Assembly (NCBI GenBank): GCA_023954745.1
Contig: JAGSHC010000006.1
Coordinates: forward strand, 508 to 64,507
Reading direction: 5' to 3'
Origin: Deltaproteobacteria bacterium
Lineage (GTDB): Bacteria; Myxococcota_A; UBA796; UBA9615
DNA length: 64,000 bases
Shown: one piece after another, positions 18,177 to 27,063 of the stretch
Layout of the letters: every line of letters starts with the position of its first letter
Position numbering within the stretch: the first letter of the stretch is position 1
Program-made: the position numbers and the translations under genes
The notes under the pieces: generated by a model
Told to the model about the DNA's origin: nothing
What the model saw: the letters and a program-made list of their open reading frames with translations, nothing else
The model's database searches: none

Positions 18177-19874
18177 ATGATTTCGATGAGGCACAGCTCC
18201 CGAGTCCAGTGGGTAGCGCTGATTGCAGCGCTGGCCCTGCCGCTCGCCGGGTGCACCAAGAAGAAGCCGGTGGTCGAAGATGGCGATGGCCCTCCCGATC
18301 CCCAGAAGTACGTTCAAGCGGCCCTCACCGCGATGGATGAAGGCAGCAAGCTCGAGGACGTGCACTCCACGTTCCAGGAGGGCTGCGACCTTCACAAGTC
18401 GGAGGAGTTCCAGATCCCGATTCACGTCAAGGCGTGCTTCAACACCGGGGTCACGGCGGCCAAGCTCGGCGACAACAACAAGGCGATCGCGTACTACAAG
18501 ACCGCGCTGAAGGGCGACTCGACCTTCAAGCCGGCCGTGCAAAACCTGACGTACAGCCTCCTCCAGGCGGGCAAGGCGTCTGACGCCCTCCCCTACTACG
18601 AGTCGTACATCAAGGCGAACCCCACCGACGCGGAGATGGTGAACAACTACGCGGGCACCCTGGGCGAGTCCGGCAAGTTCGACGAGGGTGTCAAGGTCAT
18701 CGAGGACCTGCTCTTCAAGGACCCCAAGGACACTGGCGCCTACAAGACCCTCGCGCGGATCTACTTCCTCCAGGGGAACTACCGCATGAGCCAGCTCGCC
18801 TCGGCGAACGCGCTCAAGTTCACCCCCGAGGATGGCGACATCCACAACAACATCGGCCTCACCTTCCTCAAGGAAGGCAAGGAGGGCGAAGCCGTCGCCG
18901 CCTTCAAGGAGGCACTGAAGCTCGACGAGAACAACATCCAGGCGAACATGAACCTGGGTCTCATCGCGCTGAAGGCCGCCGACTGGCAGCAGGCAGCTGA
19001 GTCCTTCAACCGGGTCCTCTCCCAGGAGCCGGGCAATGCAGACGCCCGCATCGGCCTCGCCGTTGCCTACCGGGGCATCGCCGAGTTCGACAGCGCCATT
19101 GAGGAGTACGACAAGATCCTCAAGGTGAACAGCTGCAACCGCCTCGCTCTGATGAACAAGGCCGTCGTGCAGGGCCTCTTCCTCGACGACTACAAGTCGT
19201 CGCTGAAGACCTACGACGCGCATCGCAAGTGCCACCCCGACGTCAACATCGACGACCGGGTCGCCGTGGTCGCCAAGGCTCAGGAAGAGGAAGACGAGAT
19301 GCGCCGCCAGCAGGCGGAGCTCGAGAAGCAGCTCGAGGAGCTCGAGCGCCAGGCCAAGGAGTACAAGCCCAAGCTTCAGGCGAAGGCTGAGCGCGCACGC
19401 CGTGTGTTCGCGAAGTACGCCGAGGTGGAGCAGGACCCCTCCTGGGCTGAAGCCCTCGAGGACCAGATCGAGCAGATTCAGTTCGCGCTGGAGTCCGAGG
19501 ACTTCTCGTTCATGCAGGAGGCCGCCCTCTACCTCGACGAGTTCATCGTCAGCTACTACGAGTACGCCCTCGAGAAGTCCCCGGAGGAGTGGACGGACGA
19601 GAGCAACGTCATCGAGGCGCCCAAGGCTGCTGAGGAAGGTGCTCCCGCTGAAGGTAGTGAGGCCCCGGCCGACGGCGCGGAGGCTGCTCCGGCTGACGGA
19701 GGCGAGGGCGAGGCCGCTCCCGCCGAAGAAGGCGCTGCGACCGAAGAGGCCGCTCCCGCCGAGGAAGGCGCTGCGACCGAAGAGGCCGCTCCCGCCGAGG
19801 AAGGCGCTGCGACCGAAGAGGCCGCTCCCGCCGAAGAAGAGGCTGCTCCGGCAGCGGAAGAAGCATCGGAATAG
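18177..19874 (+). CDS. TPR lipoprotein, GltE(AglT)/NfsE-like
   Basis: ORF 18168..19874. ATG 18177 lies 8 nt after AGGAG. Lipobox LALPLAGC, TPR repeats, coiled coil, and an A/E/P-rich C-terminal repeat. Confidence 0.65.
   Translation: MISMRHSSRVQWVALIAALALPLAGCTKKKPVVEDGDGPPDPQKYVQAALTAMDEGSKLEDVHSTFQEGCDLHKSEEFQIPIHVKACFNTGVTAAKLGDNNKAIAYYKTALKGDSTFKPAVQNLTYSLLQAGKASDALPYYESYIKANPTDAEMVNNYAGTLGESGKFDEGVKVIEDLLFKDPKDTGAYKTLARIYFLQGNYRMSQLASANALKFTPEDGDIHNNIGLTFLKEGKEGEAVAAFKEALKLDENNIQANMNLGLIALKAADWQQAAESFNRVLSQEPGNADARIGLAVAYRGIAEFDSAIEEYDKILKVNSCNRLALMNKAVVQGLFLDDYKSSLKTYDAHRKCHPDVNIDDRVAVVAKAQEEEDEMRRQQAELEKQLEELERQAKEYKPKLQAKAERARRVFAKYAEVEQDPSWAEALEDQIEQIQFALESEDFSFMQEAALYLDEFIVSYYEYALEKSPEEWTDESNVIEAPKAAEEGAPAEGSEAPADGAEAAPADGGEGEAAPAEEGAATEEAAPAEEGAATEEAAPAEEGAATEEAAPAEEEAAPAAEEASE
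19713..19841 (+). repeat. In-frame 36-bp tandem repeat (3 full copies plus a partial one)
   Basis: GCCGCTCCCGCCGA(A/G)GAAGGCGCTGCGACCGAAGAG at 19713, 19749 and 19785. Encodes AAPAEEGAATEE. Confidence 0.9.
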
Positions 19875-19980
19875 AGATTGCTGGAACCTTCGCGGTCACG
19901 CGGAGGTCCCAGAGACCGAAGTTGATTGCTCAGGGCAAGATGCCTGTGCAGAATGTGCCACCTAGAAGGAGGCCCTCTCG

Positions 19981-20247
19981 ATGAGAAAGCACCTGATCGC
20001 ATTGCTCGCCGCAGTCCTCACCCTCGGGGTGGCCATGCCCGTCATGGCCCAGGACGACGACGACGACAGCGTCCGATACAAGAAGAAGACTGAGATCGAC
20101 TTCGAGGACGTGTCTGTCGACGGCGAGCTCAAGAAGCCCCACGGCGCCTACCTTCTCGACAAGCGCCAGTCGAGCTTCAACCCACTCATCAAGCTCAAGG
20201 CCGACTTCAACAAGGAGATGATCGAGTCAGTGACCCAAATTCGCTGA
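19981..20247 (+). CDS. Small secreted protein, GltF/NfsF-like by position
   Basis: 88 aa. AGGAGG sits 8 nt upstream. Signal peptide ...VAMPVMA, then QDDDDDSVRYKKK. Fifth-to-sixth position in the cluster. Confidence 0.55.
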   Translation: MRKHLIALLAAVLTLGVAMPVMAQDDDDDSVRYKKKTEIDFEDVSVDGELKKPHGAYLLDKRQSSFNPLIKLKADFNKEMIESVTQIR

Positions 20248-20436
20248 CCCGACCCCACTCCTCCGGGCGCCCCTGCGCCCATCCGAGCCACCGCGAGTGT
20301 GCCGGCATTGGCCGGCAAGAGCGATGAGGGCCTCCCCCACGGGGCCTCCAGAGTTCTGTAGTATCTCGCGGTTCCCGACTCGGGGCCCCGGAGCACCTAG
20401 CCCCCACATCCCGCGCAAGACCGAGGACCGACCCCA

Positions 20437-23400
20437 ATGGCAGAGCAGGACACGCTGACGCTCGCCTTCACGATCTCCGTGGACGGCCAAGATGCCGGCA
20501 CACAGGAGTTCGAAGACGAGATGGTCACGATCGGGAAGGGCGCCGCCGCCGTTCTCCAGATCAACGACCCCGACCTCGCCGACCTTCACGCTGCAGTTCA
20601 GCTCGCCGACGATGGTTCGGTGACGTTGCTGGACCTCGGCAGTGAAGGTGGCACTCTCCTCAACGGGGAGAAGATCAACAACTCCCCCGTGGCTGACGGT
20701 GACGAGATTCGTCTCGGCAAGACCGTGATCAAGCTTGGCTTGATCAAGCCGCAGGCCGAAGAGCCTGAGGAGGACGCAGACGGGTCCGCTGCTACGCAGC
20801 AGGACGCGGCAGGATCGGACCCCCACGACCACACCGCAGAGGAGGAGATCGCCGAGGCGGAGAACGTCATCGACTTCATCCTCCGCTCGGGCACCGCCGA
20901 CTCCGATCTCGGTATCGACCGCAAGGCACCACCGGTGCTTGAGGTCGCTGAGATCTGGTCTGGAACGGTGATGAACGTCCGGCACTACGCCAAGGACGTC
21001 CCAGCCGTCTGGGTTGGGGATCGGCGCGAGCGCCAGATCCGGGTCCTCAGCAGCATCTTCACCGCGATCCTCGTCTTCGGCGTGGGCTTCTTCGCGCTGA
21101 AGCACGCCAACCTGCCCGAGCCCCCGAAGTTCCCCGAGGGGGATGAGGCGCTCCTCGAGCAGTGGAACCAGCGTGACATCGCTGCCAAGGAGAAGGCCGC
21201 CGCTGAGCGAAAGGCGAAGCGCGAGGCCGAAAAGAAGGTCATCGAGGACGCCGCGGACAAGCGGATCTCCGAGAACCAGCGCAAGTACGACCGCGAGGCG
21301 TCGACGCAGCTGGAAGACGAGAAGAAGGAAGACCCCGAGACGACGAAGACGCTCGCCGATTTCGTCGAGAAGGTCCGTGACGACGTCATCTCCGAGGTCA
21401 CCTCCGAGATGGAAGAGGAAGCGGAGATCGAGCGCGAGAAGAACGCGCCGCCGAATCCTTACCGCGACGCGCGTGACGAGTGGATCGCCGCGAAGACCAA
21501 GGAGTTCGAGGCTCTCTCCAAGAAGGCCAACCGCCCCCTCCTGCGCCCGCAGTACGAGCTGTACGAGCAGCCGAACTACGAGGCAATGGTCATCGGCCAG
21601 ATGCTTCCCCTCGCGAAGGAAGCCGTAAAGACCGGCGCGCTCAAGAAGAGTTGGCAGGACGAGTTCGACAAGTGGACCAAGGAGTACGACGTCCTCGATG
21701 ATCTCGACGTCAAGCGCGTCGCTGAGGACCTGGTCCTCGGCACTCGCGTCCTGATGGACGACAAGGTCATCACCCTCGTCGCCGGCGCAGACCCGAACAA
21801 GGTCTACGGCATCGACGAAGAGGGCAAGGAGTTCGACATCGAGAACGAGACCGAGCTGCAGCTCTGGGAGCCCTCCCAGGAGCAGGTCGACGCTCGCCTC
21901 GCAGCGTTCAAGGACATTCAGCAGGTCCTCTTCACCCAGCACAAGGCGAAGAAGTCCAGCCGTGGCCAGTGCGACGCTGTCAAGGAGCTCCTGGAGTTCG
22001 ACGAGTTCAAGCCGGGCTTCGAGTACAACGCGCGATACAGCAAGTGCCTTGCCGACAAGAGCAAGTTCGATGCGAGTCGCGAGTACTTCGAGCGTGCGCT
22101 CGAGAACCTGCCGGGCGCGGTGGCCGACCTCTCCGAGGATGACGCCAACTCCTACCAGACTGCTCTGACCGTCAAGGCTCGCACGCTCCTGCGTGATGCC
22201 TACGGTGGAGACCCCGCCAAGGCCGGCAACGACCTCCTCCCCCTCGACAAGCGCGAGCGTGGCATGGAGGCCTGGCAGGACCTGCGCGGCTTCATCCTCG
22301 CGAACACCCAGCAGGTGAACGACCTCAAGCAGGCCGACTTCCACATCAACATGCTCGAGAAGGAGCGGTTGAAGGAGAAGCAGCAGCAGCAGGTGTGGAA
22401 CGCCATGCGGCTGGGGCTCGTCATCCTCTTCCTGTTGCCCATTGGCTTCGGACTGGACGAGATTCGCTCCCGCAAGATGGCTCAGGACTTCTTCGTGAGT
22501 TCCGAGAACCTGCCCAGCGACCACTGGGCGATCGTCGAACAGGACGCTGCAGGCGTGAAGGTGAACTTCACGACGGAGTCGGTCGGGTTCCTCGAGTCCG
22601 GGGGTGAACGCACCTCCACGGCTGACCTTGTCAGCTCGGGCCGAGCAAAGGACTCGGGTGGCTACTACCAGCTCGAGCTGAAGGACGATGAGCGTTTCGT
22701 CAACGACATCGGCCACATGGTCTTCTTCATCCACCGCGTGCACAAGGCGAAGGTCTTGGCCGCTCCGGTCGGTCAGAACATCGACTGGCTCTACTTCGGC
22801 ATCCTGACCGCCCTGCTCTTCGTGGGTGCTGGCCTCGGAGTGCGGCTTCTGACGATGCCCTACGACCCGAGCCAGGAGGTCATCACCATCCCCGACCGTT
22901 TCGTCGAGTTGATGGTGCAGGACATCGAAAAGGAGAAGGACAAGAAGAAGCCTGCGGGCAACCCCGACGCCGGGGAAGGTGCCAAGGCCAAGGACGAGGA
23001 AGGCAAGACCGGGAAGAAGGAGGCCAAGCTCAAGAAGGCCAAGGGCTCCAAGGTCGCCATCCAGAAGTCCGAGCTCGACAAGAAGATTGCTGAGTCCACG
23101 GGTCTCCTCGCGGACCTCAACAACATGACCGACACGTCGATCTTCGGCACCGGCGGTCTCGACAACAGCGTCTCCAACGCGGTTGGCGGTCTCATCGGCT
23201 CGCAGTACGGCAACCAGATGGGTGCCGGCGGTCTCGGCTCGCGCGGCTCTGGCTACGGCGGCGGCGGCACGGCGGAGGGTCTTGGCGGACTCGGCACCAA
23301 GGGTCGTGGGAGTGGTGCCTCCGGCTACGGCCGCGGCGGTGGCTACTACGGTCAGAAGGGCGGCGGCGCCCCGGGCGTTGGCGCGGGCGATCCCATCGTC

Positions 23401-23703
23401 CTCGGTGCTCTGGACAAGTCCATCATCGACCGCATCGTCAAGAAGCACCTCCCGCAGATTCGCTACTGCTACCAGAAGGAGCTGAACAAGAACCCGAAGC
23501 TGTTCGGCAAGATGGTGGTCAAGTTCGTCATCGCCAAGGATGGTTCGGTTTCGAGTTCCTCGACGAAGACTTCGACTCTGAAGGCCCCCATCGTTGAGAA
23601 CTGCGTGCACTCCCGCTTCATGCGGATGAGGTTCCCCTCGCCCAAGGGCGGCGGCATCGTCATCGTCTCCTACCCGTTCGTGTTCAACAGCCAGGGTGGC
23701 TGA
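20437..23703 (+). CDS. FHA-domain / TM / TonB-C-like (AgmX/PglI C-terminal) protein, GltG(PglI)/NfsG-like
   Basis: N-terminal FHA (VTIGKG...LLDLGSEGGTLLNGEKI...IRLGKTVIKL), charged coiled regions, TM segments, a Gly-rich linker, and C-terminal KKHLPQIRYCYQKELNKNPKLFGKMVVKFVIAKDGSV...PKGGGIVIVSYPFVF. Confidence 0.7.
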   Translation: MAEQDTLTLAFTISVDGQDAGTQEFEDEMVTIGKGAAAVLQINDPDLADLHAAVQLADDGSVTLLDLGSEGGTLLNGEKINNSPVADGDEIRLGKTVIKLGLIKPQAEEPEEDADGSAATQQDAAGSDPHDHTAEEEIAEAENVIDFILRSGTADSDLGIDRKAPPVLEVAEIWSGTVMNVRHYAKDVPAVWVGDRRERQIRVLSSIFTAILVFGVGFFALKHANLPEPPKFPEGDEALLEQWNQRDIAAKEKAAAERKAKREAEKKVIEDAADKRISENQRKYDREASTQLEDEKKEDPETTKTLADFVEKVRDDVISEVTSEMEEEAEIEREKNAPPNPYRDARDEWIAAKTKEFEALSKKANRPLLRPQYELYEQPNYEAMVIGQMLPLAKEAVKTGALKKSWQDEFDKWTKEYDVLDDLDVKRVAEDLVLGTRVLMDDKVITLVAGADPNKVYGIDEEGKEFDIENETELQLWEPSQEQVDARLAAFKDIQQVLFTQHKAKKSSRGQCDAVKELLEFDEFKPGFEYNARYSKCLADKSKFDASREYFERALENLPGAVADLSEDDANSYQTALTVKARTLLRDAYGGDPAKAGNDLLPLDKRERGMEAWQDLRGFILANTQQVNDLKQADFHINMLEKERLKEKQQQQVWNAMRLGLVILFLLPIGFGLDEIRSRKMAQDFFVSSENLPSDHWAIVEQDAAGVKVNFTTESVGFLESGGERTSTADLVSSGRAKDSGGYYQLELKDDERFVNDIGHMVFFIHRVHKAKVLAAPVGQNIDWLYFGILTALLFVGAGLGVRLLTMPYDPSQEVITIPDRFVELMVQDIEKEKDKKKPAGNPDAGEGAKAKDEEGKTGKKEAKLKKAKGSKVAIQKSELDKKIAESTGLLADLNNMTDTSIFGTGGLDNSVSNAVGGLIGSQYGNQMGAGGLGSRGSGYGGGGTAEGLGGLGTKGRGSGASGYGRGGGYYGQKGGGAPGVGAGDPIVLGALDKSIIDRIVKKHLPQIRYCYQKELNKNPKLFGKMVVKFVIAKDGSVSSSSTKTSTLKAPIVENCVHSRFMRMRFPSPKGGGIVIVSYPFVFNSQGG

Positions 23704-23729
23704 GAACCCAACGCGCCCGGAATAGAACA

Positions 23730-24632
23730 ATGAGTGATCAACTGCGGTTCCTCCGCACCCTTCTCCTCAGTCTCGCCGTCGGCGCCCTCGTCGTCTCCCC
23801 TGCCTATGCGCAGGATGACGACGACGAGGACGACGACGACATCGAGATCCCCGAGGAAGAGGAAGACATCCCAGAGGAGGATGAGGAGGAAGAAGAAGAC
23901 GTCCCGACCGAAGAAGAAGAGCGCGAACGGCGTGACCGTGATGGGGCGGACGACATCGACGCCCCTGACGATGTCGAGCCTGAGCGTCGCCAGGGCACCA
24001 AGAAGAAGAAGCGTCGCCGCAAGGCTCGCGAGGTCGTCAAGGGTGCCTACCTGAAGATCAACGTCGGTCCGCAGTTCTGGCTCCCGCCGATCAGCGCACA
24101 GACGTCGACCTCGGCGACGGAGCTCGACTTCAGCTTCGGCTACGACATCATCGACCGGCTCCCCTTCACCCTCACGGTGGAAGGCAGCTTCACGACCCTG
24201 GTCGCCAACGGCACGGGCGTAAACGATGAGGCGGCGTTCCAGCAGCTGCTGGCGCTGGGGATCGCGCCGACGATTCAGGGTGACTTCCGGCTCTACGGCG
24301 GAACGGTGAACCTGCGCTTCGGTCCGAACTTCGGCGGCAAGAAGACGAAGCGCGGGAACTTCTCCATCCAGGTGGGTGGCGGCGGGGCGTACTCCCCTGC
24401 CCTCATTGACTTGAAGGACCCGATCATCATCAACCGGATGAACGCCAACGGCTTCGGCTACCTGATGCAGGGACGGTTCCTCGGAATCATCACTCCCGGC
24501 ATTGGACTGGAGTACTACACGAAGCTGTCCCACTTCTCGCTGGGACTCGACGTGGACGCCAACATCATCATCGGTGGCCCCAGCATCGCCATCGGCGTCG
24601 GCACCAACTTCTTCGCGAAGTACACCTTCTAA
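23730..24632 (+). CDS. Outer-membrane beta-barrel protein, GltH/NfsH-like
   Basis: Signal peptide ...SPAYA, an acidic tract (QDDDDEDDDDIEIPEEEED...), a basic patch KKKKRRRKAR, beta-strand pattern, and terminal ...FAKYTF. Confidence 0.65.
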   Translation: MSDQLRFLRTLLLSLAVGALVVSPAYAQDDDDEDDDDIEIPEEEEDIPEEDEEEEEDVPTEEEERERRDRDGADDIDAPDDVEPERRQGTKKKKRRRKAREVVKGAYLKINVGPQFWLPPISAQTSTSATELDFSFGYDIIDRLPFTLTVEGSFTTLVANGTGVNDEAAFQQLLALGIAPTIQGDFRLYGGTVNLRFGPNFGGKKTKRGNFSIQVGGGGAYSPALIDLKDPIIINRMNANGFGYLMQGRFLGIITPGIGLEYYTKLSHFSLGLDVDANIIIGGPSIAIGVGTNFFAKYTF

Positions 24633-24657
24633 GCAAGTCCTCGGCTTGTTGCTGCGG

Positions 24658-24685
24658 CGCCCGTCTTCGGACGGGCGTTGTTGCT
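24658..24685 (+). terminator. Intrinsic terminator ending the glt/nfs-like cluster
   Basis: CGCCCGTC-TTCG-GACGGGCG (8-bp stem, UUCG loop), followed by TTGTTGCTT. Confidence 0.6.
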
Positions 24686-24861
24686 TGGGGGCATTCGACG
24701 CCGCCCGGCAAGGCACCGATGAGGCCGCGGTAGCGCATCAATGCGGGCGTGATCTCAATCGCCCTTTGCGCTTTGGTCCTCATCGATATAATCCGCCGCG
24801 CTCTAGGGACCCCCGCCGTGCGCTGCGCGCGGGTCCTTCAGCCAGAAGTGGAAACCAAACG

Positions 24862-26106
24862 ATGTTCCGACGCTCTCTGCTCCTCCCCGCATTCGCCGCC
24901 CTCGCCATGTCCGCCTGCTACGTCGGGCCTGGGGACGACGACGACGCCACCTCGTTCCACGCGGACCCCTCCTCCATCGACTTTGGCTACATCGCGCCGG
25001 CGGACTTCTCGGAGTTCATCTCGGTTGAGTTGATCAACAACACGGGCTCCACCGTGTCCATCGAGGTCATCCGGATGAGCGAGGACAGCGACGCGGCGTT
25101 CAGCCTCGGAGCGGTCCCGGCGACGCTGCCGGCCTCGGTTTCTTCGGGGAGCTCGGAGACCATCACGGTGGCGTTCGCACCTCCCGTGTCCGGCGAGTTT
25201 CTCGGCGCCATCGAAGTTCTCACGGACTCGAGCACCTACGACCAGATTCTGGTGAACCTCGGCGGTTGCTCCACGGGCGAGGACTGCACCGTGGACGTCG
25301 GCGACGACGACGACGCGGCCGACGACGACGACGTCGCGAACGATGACGACGCGGCCGACGACGACGACGACGACGGCGCGGGGGATGGAGACATCGACGT
25401 CAACGAGACCGCCGTCGAGTTCGGCGACGTACCGCAGAACCAGAACCCGCCTGGCGACGTCGTCCAGGTCTCCAACGTGGGCAACGGCCCCCTCGTGATC
25501 TCCTCCGTCGAGGTCTCCGGCACCGACGCGAGCCTCTTCGTCGTCGGTGGATTCGCAGGCGGAACTCTCCCCGCGGGCGGAGCGCCGGCCAACCTGAACA
25601 TCTCCTTCAACGCTGCCGGTGCCTCGGTCGGCGCCAAGACCGCGAGCCTCGTCATCAGCTCGGACGACCCCGACGAGGGCACTGTCACGCTGCCGATGAG
25701 CGCCAACGTCACGCAGCCCTGCCTCGACGGCCCGGTGCTCGAGATCGTGGGCGGAACGCTGACGCCGAACCCCCTGGGTTCCCCTCCGAATCTCGTCTAC
25801 AAGCTGCTCACGACGAACAGCACCACCGACATCGTCGTCACGAACTCCGGCTGCGACGTCCTGAACGTCACCAGCATCGCCGACGACAGCGGCACCATCG
25901 TGGGCCCCAACGCGGACATCACCATCAGCGGCCAGGATGCCCTCCCCTGGGCCCTCGGCGGCGGGGACGAGGCCACCGTGACCTTCACGGTTGGCGCGAC
26001 CGGCGGCTGCGATGTGGTGAACGTGAACGGCGCCTACGGCTTCACCGTGGGCACCGAGGCCGACATCACCGCCTGCCTCCTCGGTGGCGGCGGACTGCCT
26101 TTCTAG
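24862..26106 (+). CDS. Lipoprotein with two Ig-like (choice-of-anchor-D / HYDIN-like) domains and a poly-Asp linker
   Basis: In-frame part of ORF 24502..26106. Lipobox AALAMSAC at ATG 24862. IDFGYI...VELINNTGSTVSI and VEFGDVP...VSNVGNGPLVISSVEVSG repeats. A TATAAT at 24787-24792 lies upstream. Confidence 0.6.
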   Translation: MFRRSLLLPAFAALAMSACYVGPGDDDDATSFHADPSSIDFGYIAPADFSEFISVELINNTGSTVSIEVIRMSEDSDAAFSLGAVPATLPASVSSGSSETITVAFAPPVSGEFLGAIEVLTDSSTYDQILVNLGGCSTGEDCTVDVGDDDDAADDDDVANDDDAADDDDDDGAGDGDIDVNETAVEFGDVPQNQNPPGDVVQVSNVGNGPLVISSVEVSGTDASLFVVGGFAGGTLPAGGAPANLNISFNAAGASVGAKTASLVISSDDPDEGTVTLPMSANVTQPCLDGPVLEIVGGTLTPNPLGSPPNLVYKLLTTNSTTDIVVTNSGCDVLNVTSIADDSGTIVGPNADITISGQDALPWALGGGDEATVTFTVGATGGCDVVNVNGAYGFTVGTEADITACLLGGGGLPF

Positions 26107-26159
26107 AGTCTTCTAGAGCGCCCGGTCACAGCGACTGCTTTGCCTACGTTCTCGCGTGG

Positions 26160-26187
26160 TTGACAGCACCCTTGCGCTCAGTAACAT
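26160..26187 (+). promoter_or_regulatory. Sigma70-type promoter for rplC
   Basis: TTGACA (26160-26165), 16 nt spacer, TAACAT (26182-26187). Confidence 0.45.
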
Positions 26188-26263
26188 GCGCGCCCTCGCA
26201 TCCAGCGAGACACAGCTTCCTCTGACGCGAAACGTCGCGTGAACCGAAGCAGGAGAGATTGAT

Positions 26264-26941
26264 ATGGCCCTCGGAATTCTCGGTACCAAAGAAGGAATGA
26301 CCCAGGTCTTCGACGAAGAGACTCGCAAGGTCGTCCCGGTCACCATCATTCACGCCGCTCCCAACGTGATTCTCAAGCAGATCACCGCGGACAAGAACGG
26401 CTACAGCGCCATTCAGGTTGCCGTGGGCGACAAGAAGGCCACGCGCATGAACCGCCCCGACGCGGGCCAGTTCACCGCCGCCTCCGAGGCCTCTGGCAAG
26501 ACCATTGGGCCCAAGGCTGTGGTCCGCGAGTTCCGCCTCTCCGAGGACCCGGGCGCCGACCTCGCCGTGGGCAACGAGCTCACCGTGGGCCTGCTCGACG
26601 GGGTGAAGCTCGTCGACGTCACCGGCATCAGCAAGGGCAAGGGCACCCAGGGCGTCATGAAGCGCTACAACTTCAAGGGCTTCATCCGCAGCCACGGTAC
26701 TCACGAGTTCTTCCGTCACGGTGGCTCCATCGGTACCCGCCTGACGCCTGGCCACGTGCTCAAGGGCAAGAAGATGCCGGGCCGCATGGGCAACGAGCAG
26801 GTCACCACCCAGAACCTCACGCTCTTCCGCGTGGACGCCGAGCGCAACCTCCTCTTCATCCGTGGCGCAGTCCCCGGTGCCAAGGGCGGCGTCGTCTCGG
26901 TGCGCCCTGCCGTCAAGAAGACCGGCGGCAAGAAGTGGTAG
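26264..26941 (+). CDS. rplC: 50S ribosomal protein L3
   Basis: MALGILGTKEGMTQVFDE...VDVTGISKGKGTQGVMKRYNF...GSIGTRLTPGHVLKGKKMPGRMGNEQVTTQNL..VDAERNLLFIRGAVPG. Collinear with E. coli and Thermus L3 as I recall them. Confidence 0.95.
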   Translation: MALGILGTKEGMTQVFDEETRKVVPVTIIHAAPNVILKQITADKNGYSAIQVAVGDKKATRMNRPDAGQFTAASEASGKTIGPKAVVREFRLSEDPGADLAVGNELTVGLLDGVKLVDVTGISKGKGTQGVMKRYNFKGFIRSHGTHEFFRHGGSIGTRLTPGHVLKGKKMPGRMGNEQVTTQNLTLFRVDAERNLLFIRGAVPGAKGGVVSVRPAVKKTGGKKW

Positions 26942-26986
26942 CGACTCTCTGAGCCTCGGCTCAGTAGTACGCCGAAAGAATCGAAC

Positions 26987-27014
26987 AAAGGCCGCGTCGT
27001 GAGACGCGGCCTTT
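26987..27014. terminator. Bidirectional intrinsic terminator between the convergent rplC and RecQ-like genes
   Basis: AAAGGCCGCGTC-GTGA-GACGCGGCCTTT (12-bp stem). T-rich flanks on both strands. Confidence 0.75.
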
Positions 27015-27063
27015 GTTCGTTCTGACTCGAGCAGCCTCGGAGGCCTCCGAGGGGACACTCGGG

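Noticed and set aside
20300-20317. Hairpin TGCCGGC-ATTG-GCCGGCA in the 189-nt spacer between the GltF-like and GltG-like genes.
   Set aside because: It has only a 7-bp stem, no U-tract and no alternative structure. That is not enough to call a terminator or regulator from the sequence alone.
12765-23730. Very long minus-strand ORFs (12765..14567, 15575..18259, 17742..19235, 20227..23730) opposite the glt/nfs-like genes.
   Set aside because: They are antisense shadows typical of high-GC DNA. The translations are dominated by L/V/R/G/E/D runs, with no recognisable domains and no sensible starts. The + strand products have signal peptides, TPR, FHA and TonB-C motifs.
26101-26118. Direct repeat TTCTAGAG-TC-TTCTAGAG (two TCTAGA sites, rare in high-GC DNA) at the stop of the lipoprotein gene.
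   Set aside because: It is short, overlaps the stop codon, and has no partner structure or recognisable binding-site context. It is most simply a small duplication at a gene end.
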